DNA from: Polymyxa betae A26-41
Taxonomy: Eukaryota > Protista > Endomyxa: Phytomyxea
DNA: 40,707 nucleotides
Assembly (NCBI GenBank): GCA_003693705.1
Contig: RBZT01000532.1
Coordinates: 1 to 40,707 of the forward strand
Direction: 5' to 3'
Every line of letters starts with the position of its first letter. The first letter of the stretch is position 1. Below are positions 1 to 9,554 of this stretch, piece by piece. The translations under genes were made by a program, and so were the position numbers. Under the pieces are notes generated by a model, which saw only the letters and a list, made by a program, of their open reading frames with translations, was not told where the DNA came from and made no database searches.

Positions 1-236
1 AGTATTTCGTGTTTTCCCATAAATTTCTCATTTCTTCTATGTCCCATACAAAAAAAATTCGAATCACAGCTCTTGGAATTTACTTTTTTCGAAATTTTTT
101 TTCGTAACTTTCTTCTAAACGATGAGATCTGTCGAATTACGAGATAATAATTTTGATTGGAACCCTTTGGGAGGCCTCAATAGACCCCGACAATTCCCCA
201 TACAAATGTTGTCGGTTTAAGACTGCCCGCACTGTA
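1..236. mobile_element. Probable right end of a Tc1/mariner-type DNA transposon or MITE
   Basis: AT-rich non-coding stretch with recurring CCCATA(C)AAA (about 16, 44 and 198) and a CCGACAA/TTGTCGG inverted repeat (187-215). It ends in ...GCCCGCACTG|TA; the reverse complement TA-CAGTG matches typical Tc1 TIR starts plus a TA target site. The other end is outside the window. Confidence 0.4.
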
Positions 237-797
237 CCAATGAACAGTCTTCTCAGCATTATGAAGGTAAAAGATGTTGCCGAAGTAATCTCTCTTAATC
301 CTATCCTATGCCTTTGCTCTAGCTAGGTATGCAGGATGGACACATCTGGCCACTATGACAGGGACATTTCTATTCAGACTGTTAGTAACCATGCTTTTTG
401 GGCTATGAGCTAGTGCATCACCCGGATCTTCTGACTCTCCCAGTTCGGCCTGGTACCCATTACAGAAGCTATATTTACAGCCTGGTTTACCCTCTCAGCA
501 TTTATAGGCACAAAGTTGTAAGAGGCGTTCAGCAGCATCACGCCAGAGTCTGTCAGGTAAGAGCTCCTCATACAAACTACAAAAGTCTTCGCACTGCCCT
601 TGGGGGCTCCTTGTACGTGCCGGTCATGTCGGGGGCTAACCTGTTGATCATGGGATGTCTAATCTTGAGTGGATCTGCATCTATAGACATGAGTCCTGGC
701 TGATTAGAAATGAATCAAATACATGTTGTTATAAACCTATACAATTTCTAAGGGATGATGTAAATAATAGAGAATTATAAGAAACTTGGTAGGTTTA

Positions 798-1959
798 TTA
801 GGGATAAGGTCGGCTTAGGATTGGTGGCAAGAATGAGGCGGTTATTGGAGCAACTGGAACACCATCACAGTCTAGCACAGGAGCAAATGGTCCAAAGTTG
901 TTGAATCTTTGAGCAAATAGATCGAATCTGCTAAAACCTATGGGAGCTGGAAATGCAGGCGCTGGATATGCAGGAGCAGGTGGTGGAGGTGGTGGTCCAG
1001 GAGCTGCTGGTGATTCAGGTGCTGTCGCAGGACCAGCAGCTTCTACTGCAGGTGTTGTAGGACCTGCTGCAGCAGGTGCAGGAGATCCTGAAGCCTCTGC
1101 GGCGGATGCTGCATATGTAGGACCTGGACTAGATGTTCCAGCTGCACCTTCAACAGGTCCTTGAACACCAGTACTGGAACCTGTACCTCCACCTGCTGTA
1201 GGTGTTAAGACAGCTGTGGTAGAAGGAGTGACTGGAGCAGCTGATGGAGGCTGTGATAAAGTAACAATGGCTGGTATTGGTGATACAGTATTAACAGTGG
1301 GCGAAGGTGATATTTGTGGAACTGAATCAGTTGAAATTGTTGCAGGCTGCACAATTGTACTTCCTGTAAAAGCAGATAATGGGACCAGCAACAATTGAGT
1401 TGTGCTGGGCGTCTGCGAAACAGTTCCTATGCGATCGTGACAACAAGTTGTAAATAAGATGAAAATCTTACCAGTTTGTTCTGCAGCTGCAGCATAATAT
1501 ACTGGAGCTGGAGTTGAGCCTTGTACAGCTACTAATGTTGTAGTTGGTGATGTCTGCATAACAACAGGAGCCTGGGTCGTGTATAACGTTGTCGGATTCG
1601 ACACCTGGACAGTAGCTGGGATAATCTGAACAGCAGGCGCTGCTGTGGCAGGAACCGAGACAATCGTGGGTGTCTCTGCTGTAGAACTAACTCCTGGTCC
1701 TGGTGTTGCAGCTAAAGCGCTGGCCAACTGCGTTGTCGAACTCGGCATTGATGCCGGTAATGCTGGCCCTGGCGATGGGCATTGTGCTCCGCATGTTGAA
1801 GGAAGTGCAGATCCTGGTTCAGGATTGGCAACAGACTGCTGGGCTACAACACGATTAGATTGGATGAATGCGTGATAAATGCAATTAGTTGGACTAACCT
1901 TGAGATTGAGCTATCCTCAAGATGACGATCAGCACGATACGAATCAGGTTCGACTGCAT
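798..1959 (-). CDS. Secreted Pro/Ala/Thr-rich mucin/extensin-like protein
   Basis: Hand-spliced. Exon 1 MQSNLIRIVLIVILRIAQSQ (signal peptide-like) and intron 1844-1898 join in frame to AQQSVANPEPGSALPSTCGAQCPSPGPALPAS and ORF 798..1748. A 45-nt in-frame GT-AG intron at about 1428-1472 explains the odd KIFILFTTCCHDRI segment. Confidence 0.8.
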
Positions 1960-2272
1960 TAGCACTGGATCCGGTTCCGATCTCTATTACATTCCGAAAT
2001 GGGCAGATATGGCGATGTCGTCAGGGTTCGTCCGACATTTAGATCATCGTAAATATGGACAAGAACGCTTCCGGTTTGGGAGATTCCTTCTTCTGATGAT
2101 CCCGAATCTAATAGACCAAGGTCATTTGAACAAAACCCATCAATTCAATCTATGCCCTAAGATCAAGTTTTATTACTTCAAAAGACCGAGAAGAGATCTT
2201 TGTAGAATTTCCGACAATGAGTTGTGTGTGCTGTATTAAAAGTTGTGGTGACTAGATATATCGTTATCGCTA

Positions 2273-3411
2273 TCATGCATTCGCAGATAACGAGCTGAAT
2301 TTACATTTGTTTATCTCTCGAGTCGCAGCGACGATTGCATGCTCATTATATCCACAATCGTCTATTATAACAATATTAAAATGCTCAAGAAGCTGTAAAC
2401 TGGAAGAGCATTGCTCGAGAATGAATTCAGGAGCAGTTGAACATAACTTTTTTGAATGCTTTATAATCGAGCTAGCAAGACGAGATGCTATCTCAGAGAG
2501 TGACAATGAAATCAATAACTGTAGAACATGGAGCTTGCTGGAGTTTCTTTGCAGAATTTGATTGATACCATCACTCTTAATGTGTTTGATATTGCTGCTA
2601 TTACTCCAATGAGAATATATACTGTGCCTATCCCAGATATTCTTGAAGATAGCAATCTCATCATGATCGTAAATCAGAACAATTCTCTTACCACTGGCTA
2701 ATAGAGATTCAATAGTTGAACATGGCTGATAATCTCGTTGTATCACATGACTACCCAATAACAATAATAAACAATCGATAATGTAAACATGCTCCTGATC
2801 GTTTGGGCATCGAGTGCTGTGTTTAAAATCCACATAAACATGGTTCACATCCAGAATAACCAGCTCAGATGGATAATTCTCGATAAATTCTAGAATTTGT
2901 GCTGTAAATTCTGGCAATGTAATACAGCGTAGGCCATGGCATAAATAAATATGCTTTGATCCAGAATCAAAGCTCAGTCGAACATCGAAATATCGAATTC
3001 CACCGATAAGCTGTTCATAAATCGATAGTTTTTGACACTGTGAACAATGTTAAATCGATTCGAAAAGCAGAATGGACGTACTTTAGCCCAGCGAGTAATA
3101 ATTCTAGAAACAAGCGGTAGATGTGAATATCTACCTAGTGATCGTGGACAATCACCTGCTGGTTGATTACAGCGGGGTCCAATAGCATAAGAACCTGAAT
3201 TATGGCTGCCTGGGATAGCGACTTTATTCAGAGGCAAATGTCGAATGAAGTCCAGATCGTCCAACATCCACGTCGTATGATCTGATACCATATCACGACG
3301 AGATATCGGACGAGATATCGGAAGCGACTTGGTGAAACTATGTAGAAGTGATAATGAAAACCATAATGTTAATATTATGATTGAGACATTTGTTATAATG
3401 ACATTCACCAT
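2273..3411 (-). CDS. PI-PLC X-domain protein (PLCXD family), with N-terminal signal/anchor
   Basis: Motif LPLNKVAIPGSHNSGSY. After intron 3038-3081 it reads CQKLSIYEQLIGGIRYFDVRL...YLCHG, then FIENYPSELVILDVNH and a C-terminal NIVIIDD. Hydrophobic N-terminus. Confidence 0.9.
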
Positions 3412-3537
3412 ACTGTAATGTTACATACTATCGAATTACAGTCACAGAGTGAATACAGTTCATTGGAACAGTCGAGATATTCTCTATAAATAATGACTGT
3501 TTTAGGCTCACAGATAACACCGCTCTACCTAGTGTAA

Positions 3538-3606
3538 ATTAGGCTTACAAATTCACTTCATAATGCCAAACATTAGGCTTATTCAATTCACTTCATATTG
3601 CCAACC
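3538..3606. repeat. Imperfect tandem duplication, 2 x about 34-35 bp
   Basis: ATTAGGCTTACAAATTCACTTCATAATGCCAAAC followed by ATTAGGCTTATTCAATTCACTTCATATTGCCAACC, upstream of the PLCXD start. Confidence 0.85.
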
Positions 3607-3947
3607 GTTGATTAGTGATGAGGAAACCGTTTCTTAGCCCAATCTTCGTATAGCGATACAGGTTGAAGCCATGACTATATCACAATCAGCTGATTATCTC
3701 GAACGCCACATCCAGCTAGCAATCAGAACGGTAACGACCCAATAAATAATCACAACCAGACCATTCCCATTATACAGCTTCATGGTTTATATCATAAACA
3801 AATCGTTTTTTGAAAAACCGGAGAATCAATCGACCTGCAGCAATATGTTGTTGCTTAGAATTGAATGAGTCATGAATATCGGAACGAACGAATCATGGAA
3901 GATTGCAAGTTCAATCCTGATTGGCATAATTCTAATTATACGATATT

Positions 3948-4124
3948 ATGATCATGATTCAATTATTCCGAATATTATTGATTGTAATGGCTATAACAGC
4001 AATGTTGATCAGTTCCTGGGAACATGGTCTTGGTGCTGGACGTCTCTTCCGTCAGAATCGCCTCAAATTCCAACTTCTACAATCTGAATCTGATCAAGAG
4101 CAAGTAATCGTGACCGAACCCTGA
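3948..4124 (+). CDS. Small secreted peptide, 58 aa (not in ORF track)
   Basis: MIMIQLFRILLIVMAITAMLISSWEHGLGAGRLFRQNRLKFQLLQSESDQEQVIVTEP*. Signal peptide-like N-terminus; the mature start resembles the 4893..5153 product. Confidence 0.65.
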   Translation: MIMIQLFRILLIVMAITAMLISSWEHGLGAGRLFRQNRLKFQLLQSESDQEQVIVTEP

Positions 4125-4892
4125 AGACAATAATGTCATGTCCTCCCTGCCTGTCATCTCTATTTATTGCCATAACAATACAGAGCAGCATAAACCCATG
4201 GATAATCTCATCTTCGCACTTGATTGTATTCAATGTTGAAATTGTTTTAAGCTGTCAATGCCCTAAAACCGTCTACTCGTACTTCTAAACTGCCTGGATT
4301 TAGAAAGTTGCGAAATGAAGATTTGGCTCGGCTTTGTTATGGATACGACCGAGCCAATTGGGCGGGTGCCTAGGCACCTTACCTTATTGAGGCTCTCTTA
4401 GGTACTGTATATAGGCTCACCATCTATCGAAACGGGTGAAATACTGTAAAGCCCCGAAATCGTTAGTAGGGCTCTGGAATCTATTTGTCCTAATACGCTT
4501 GTTCAATTGAAATAAATTGCAGAAAAGCTAATTAGAAGCAGTATATGCTGATGTTATCAATAGACAGAGGCAATTATTGTCATGAAGCTCAATACAAACT
4601 ATGCCATGATCGACGTTCACTAGAAACCATGCTTAAATACGGTGTTGATCTTATCGTTTAGTAGACGTGATGTCAGCAAGCTTGCATTGATGGAAGCCAG
4701 GATATCATCACCCGGGGCCGTCTAAGACGAAAGCAAAACCATAACAAGAGTCAGCAATAGACAGACAATCGGAACGAAATAAAACGAAAGGAATGCCTGA
4801 TTGAGTCAACTAACATCGAGTCACCTTCCGATTATGATCTATTTCATAAGCATTCGATTCCTTCATTACGAAAAACGTTTGACACCCCTCGA

Positions 4893-5153
4893 ATGATGAA
4901 ATCGACAATGATGTTGTCCCTGCTGGCATTTGTTGCAGCATTATCTGTACAGGCGTGGGATCATGATTTCGATCATGCTGCTCATGAACATGGCATCGGT
5001 CTGGGCAACTTATTCCATCCCAATCATGTAGCATTCGGCCATGAGCATCATGATTTCAGACATCACCATCATCATGGACATGGTGGAGGTGAAGGCTGGG
5101 AGGACGATGATGAAGAAAACGATTGGCATGGACACGAGCATGACGATTTTTGA
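4893..5153 (+). CDS. Small secreted His/Asp/Glu-rich protein, 86 aa
   Basis: Clear signal peptide ending SVQA. Mature part WDHDFDHAAHEHGIGLGNLFHPNHVAFGHEHHDFRHHHHHGHGGGEGWEDDDEENDWHGHEHDDF. AATAAA follows shortly after the stop. Confidence 0.85.
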   Translation: MMKSTMMLSLLAFVAALSVQAWDHDFDHAAHEHGIGLGNLFHPNHVAFGHEHHDFRHHHHHGHGGGEGWEDDDEENDWHGHEHDDF

Positions 5154-5178
5154 GCCTTAACCGTTTGAGCCTTAACCG
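5149..5178. repeat. Perfect 15-bp tandem duplication spanning the stop codon
   Basis: TTTGAGCCTTAACCG x2. Confidence 0.9.
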
Positions 5179-5357
5179 ATAATAAAATATTGTCGAATCC
5201 AATACCGTTCCAATAAGCTGGAATTCATGAGAGTAGCGAATATTAGGTGCTGTATGATACAGCTAAGCTCTGATAATCAATGATATCAACTCCCATCTAA
5301 TAAACAATAGCCCGAATCTTGACCAGATATTAAACATCATGTACAATGCAGTTGTAT

Positions 5358-6440
5358 TTAGCAGCTTTCTGTCCTGAGACTAATTGGGCCTGATGACTTC
5401 CTTGCAAATGTTAAGTAGCCAGTATGACCTCTCATACTAGCAAATGACTTGGAGACGACATGGCCGCTAGATGGAGATTCCTGACGTGTTCGCTTTCCAG
5501 TGGGCACTATGACAGGTTCAGGTGCGAACTTCGGCAGGTTCGCAACATGAGCGTCGAATGTTCGGCGAAGAATTTCCATCGTGATCACCTCGACGAATCC
5601 TTGCTCGCGTAAGGTATCGCAGGTATGCTGGACCTGCTCGATACAGGGCGAAAACGAGCAGATTCGCCCGAAAGGACGAAGGATAAGATTGGCATGGGAG
5701 ATTGCATCCCAAGGTGATGGAAGGTCAAGGAAAACGGCATCGGCTTGTTCTAATTGTTCGTGTCCAAATCCTGATTGCAAAACATTTCGATGAGTGCAGG
5801 TTACGAGATGCTGCAGCTGCATGAGAGCGATATCATGTAGAGCGCTTTCATGACGCTGCTGATTGAATTCAAATGTGAATACATGACCAGTAGGGGCTAT
5901 AGCTCTTGCTAATGATGTTGTCAGAGAACAGGAACCGGTCCCAGATTCAGCTACAATCGATCCAGGTTTCAGATCCAGATGAAGCAACACCATGGAGATA
6001 TCGGCGTCGTACAGAATCTGAGTTCGATGGTTGAGACTCAAAGTCCATAGTTCAGGTGTTGGGCTTAATAACACAATCCATCCAGCATGGACAGGATCAC
6101 CACGCTTCGGGCGTCGCGCTTGAGAGACGCCTTTTCGGGCTCGAACCATGGACCCGTATACTTTACCGACAAAATCATCATGACTAGATCATATTGATAC
6201 GAATGTTAGAAACAAGATGTAATAGACGTACTGGAAATGCCCTTTTCTAGATGAATAAATCTGACCGCGACTGACAGTGACGAACTGCATACTGGCCTGG
6301 CTCTCGTAGAGGATCACCAGATCTCCATACGATATGATTGGTTTCGTACATGCAGACTTGGTTTTGGACCACAGATCCCAATCAGGAGCTCCTGGCTTAG
6401 TGACAGGACCTGATATTGAACTGAACACCACCGGAGCCAT
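5358..6440 (-). CDS. TRM61: tRNA (adenine58-N1)-methyltransferase catalytic subunit
   Basis: Motifs PTPELWTLSLNHRTQILY, ESGTGSCSL, DAVFLDLPSPW, CSFSPCIEQV, GHTGYLTFA. One intron at 6184-6231. Confidence 0.95.
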
Positions 6441-7184
6441 ACAGCAAGAAAATTCCAGTTGAAAACCCCAAAAAAACTACAGATTCGGTGTGAGCGCAAT
6501 TTTTACAAATTCTCATAGACTGAATATTAAGCGCAAAAAATGTCATAGATGAGGAATACAACGAATTTGATGCGAAAAGAACGAAAGGTTATCTGTGAAC
6601 ACTGATTAAGTCTAGATATGCAGCAAGGTCGACGGGAATGGCATCTCCAAATCCAACTTTTTCAGAATTTAGGGAGCCCACGAGGATGGTAAATGCAACC
6701 TCAGAAAAAACAAGAGCCACTATACAATCCTCTCTCAAACCTTCTTGAATCGATTAAATCGAACAATAGGATTTCGGGACGTTTTATCATTGGGGTTTCG
6801 GGTTTTCGAAACAGGTTTCCTTGACGTTCCTAGCTTATAACGGTTCGTTGCAATAATAGCCTTGAAAACGGAGAAGGCCTGAGGCTGCACATTGCAGAAA
6901 ATACAATGGACGCCACAAACGCCAGCCAGGAACGAGATTGACTTTATCATTGGTCGATATAAGAGGGAAAGTAAGTGAAGTGTGTTTCATCATTATGTCC
7001 GGTTGTCTGCTACCGAATATCTCCTTCGGCAATTGCTATAGCGCCACCGGACCTCTGATAAGCCTTTGACGGCTTCAGCGACCTACCACACCGCCTCTAG
7101 CAACACAACAGCAATCAGCGATTCCCAATCATCGCAAGCCCGACAAAACAATTTCCATTTCTAAGTCAGCGGGTTTGGCTGTCT

Positions 7185-7406
7185 ATGGAATCTGACGTTC
7201 AGAATTGTACAAGTTCAGGAACGGATTGTCACGGAACAAACGGGAATGGTAAAGACCAAATCGATTGTCGTCTCAACACGCCCCTTGTGACAAGAAAGCC
7301 TGTCGCCATCCCGGGAGCTCCAAAAAGACCTATCAGAGCCAAGCCTAGAGTAGATGACAGTTGCTGTAAAAGGCTACTAGCGATAAGTAACGAGGAAAAT
7401 GGATGA
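7185..7406 (+). CDS. Small 73-aa protein with SIAMESE/SMR-like CDK-inhibitor motifs (putative)
   Basis: ATG-initiated intronless ORF with C-x-x-x-TP, IPGAPKRP, a basic tract and C-terminal KRLL. Confidence 0.5.
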   Translation: MESDVQNCTSSGTDCHGTNGNGKDQIDCRLNTPLVTRKPVAIPGAPKRPIRAKPRVDDSCCKRLLAISNEENG

Positions 7407-7502
7407 ATGAAATCAATCGATCCAGAAAATATAACTTGAAGTACAGCCATCACTTACAAAACAACCGACCGTGTTCGGACAGGCAAACTTTTTCGACCAA
7501 TC

Positions 7503-8740
7503 TCATGTATTGTTAGCCAAGAAATCCGATAGACGCATGGGCTTCATGACTTCAATCAAACCATCAGCATTAGCCCCATGCTGGAGTCGTTCAGGTTCAG
7601 CAATCGAACCATTTTCATATAAATGAGCATAGAAGCACGAGGATCCGAATGGGCAGGTCCCTTTCCCACGGGCAAACCATTTGCATTCAATTTGTCGTAG
7701 TCGATCTGTATATTTCTCGATCACTTTCGATTTCCTTACAGGATCGACGACCATTCTGTCGCTTGGAATCACGAAATGCGAGTCTTGCCTACACATTGGA
7801 CACGCCCTGAGGTTTTCTTTTGTCTGCCCGGAGCTTCCTCGCCAGTTTCGAATGCAATTTAGACAAAAGGCGTGAGTGCATCCCTAATTCATCGTGTGGG
7901 TCCAGAGAGAACATGCAGATAAAAATTTAGGTACTTGCAATAGACCGAACCTTCGGCCAGATCGCACAATGTTCTCGAAACATATCTCGCATTGAAGGTG
8001 ATTGGAAAATCGTCGCTCTTCTGCAAGTTGAACCGTTTCGGCACAATCTTTTATGTGTCGCTCCTGGCTCAGCTCATCGAGCGGAACGTCCTCGCCGCAT
8101 TGTGGGCACGATGATCCAAAATCGTGCCTATAGCGACAGTGCGAAGCGTATCTGCATGAATTCTGCAGGAAGAACGGGCATATTTTGGTGGTTTGCAACT
8201 GAGCGTTAGGCGAAGAAATATGCCCAGTAGGCAATGAGGTTAACAGCTTAGAAGCATACGAGGGCTGTTCTTTCAGAGGCATCGGCCTTTGTAAACCACG
8301 TTAGATGACTCCAAAAAAAATAATAGAAAAGTGGAGACCTCAGAACAGATGACCCTCGATAAACTTCATCAGCTGGATCTGTGCATTTAGATTCCAGTGG
8401 TTCAAGCAAAGAGTCTATTAAAGCATGCTCTAAATCCGATTGCGAATCATCATCGCTTTCAGAATCGTCACTAGCAGGATCTTCTTGAGACACGGGACCG
8501 AAGGTTCCTTTATAAAGTTACTATTATTCGGGAGAAATAGCAATAAGGTGCCAGACTACCTGGAGCCCCGAAGAAATACGCTGAATCGTGCGAAAAAAAC
8601 GACGTCGTGGGAGTATTAGTCGACGGGGACGCCGACCTGGTCCAGGACTGGGTCTGGGGCGGCGGTCCCGGCCAATGAGGCAGGGAGTCGCTAACGATTT
8701 GATGAGGAGGATGAGGCCGATGCGGTTCTGGAGACGACAT
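7503..8740 (-). CDS. MKRN: Makorin-family RING E3 ubiquitin ligase (CCCH zinc fingers + C3HC4 RING)
   Basis: CCCH finger CPFFLQNSCRYASHCRYRH; RING CEICFE...RRFGLLQ/GCTHAFCLNCIRNWR...ACPMCR; C-terminal CKWFARGKGTCPFGSSCFYAH. About 3 introns; start codon uncertain. Confidence 0.92.
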
Positions 8741-9554
8741 GGGTGACGGTAAGGGTGGCTCTGGGTTGCTGGGGCCGCCTTCAACAGCCAATGTTAGAGA
8801 CACACAGGTGACGGTGATTTCTCCCAAGTCAGACACGCAGTTCTTAGGTTTACATGTCACGTTCATCACAATTTTCCTACAGTCATTAGGGTTTTTCATT
8901 CTCACTATTTGTGTTTTTGCCTTCGCTTGGAATCCTCTCGGTCTCTCTATCCCTCATGTTCTAATCGGTTCATTTCGGTCAAATTTGCTGTCCGTTTTGT
9001 CCTTGGGTTTTAAGCATTGACATCTGGGATACGTGTCAACGTCATCCTATGATTTTTCCAACCGTATGGTGCTAGATCTGACAGAGATTCGTGCTTGTTG
9101 CTTTATATGATACGTTCTCTTTTATTAAATTTCTATTGTTGAACGTTGCTACATAGGTGTCAATAAATTGTATTTTCATGCCTCATCATCAAATACTGAT
9201 GCCTTTTATGATTCGTTTTTGATTCTAAAAGCCCTATTGAATTGATTCTTACAGTCATGTACATTTCAGTTACCCTGTCAAACATATTGTTCGAATATTT
9301 GCCAAAGCGTTTGAGCGTAGGATAGATTGTAAAGTGATGAGCAGTTCTAGAACTGCAAGCCGCGATCTGGAAGAGTGGCGACATATCATTTCTGAACACA
9401 GGGAAAAAGGTTCCAGAACTGGTCGAGGCTAAGGTCGCATGAAATTGTAGGTAGTTGAATGTGACGATCAGCTTGAAATTCGGAAGGTTTTGTTTTCGTG
9501 CAACATCATCACCAAATCACAGAACCAGCGTATAGTGAACAGTTGGTAAACACC

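Noticed and set aside
398-703. 101-aa ORF with a TTG start
   Set aside because: No ATG start and no recognisable motif. The opposite strand is also interrupted. Possibly repeat debris.
940-1875. Gly/Ala-rich plus-strand ORFs
   Set aside because: Antisense shadows of the Pro/Ala/Thr-rich gene.
3538-3606. CRISPR-like repeat
   Set aside because: Two adjacent copies with no spacer, no cas genes and a eukaryotic context.
3872-4087. 71-aa ORF from the track (MNIGTNESWK...)
   Set aside because: The overlapping frame 3948-4124 has a better signal peptide and similarity to the neighbouring gene, so this is probably the wrong frame.
6980-7085. Hammerhead ribozyme, TPP riboswitch or C/D snoRNA in the structured leader
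   Set aside because: Core motifs (CUGANGA with GAAA, CUGAGA, paired C and D boxes) are not present in the right order.
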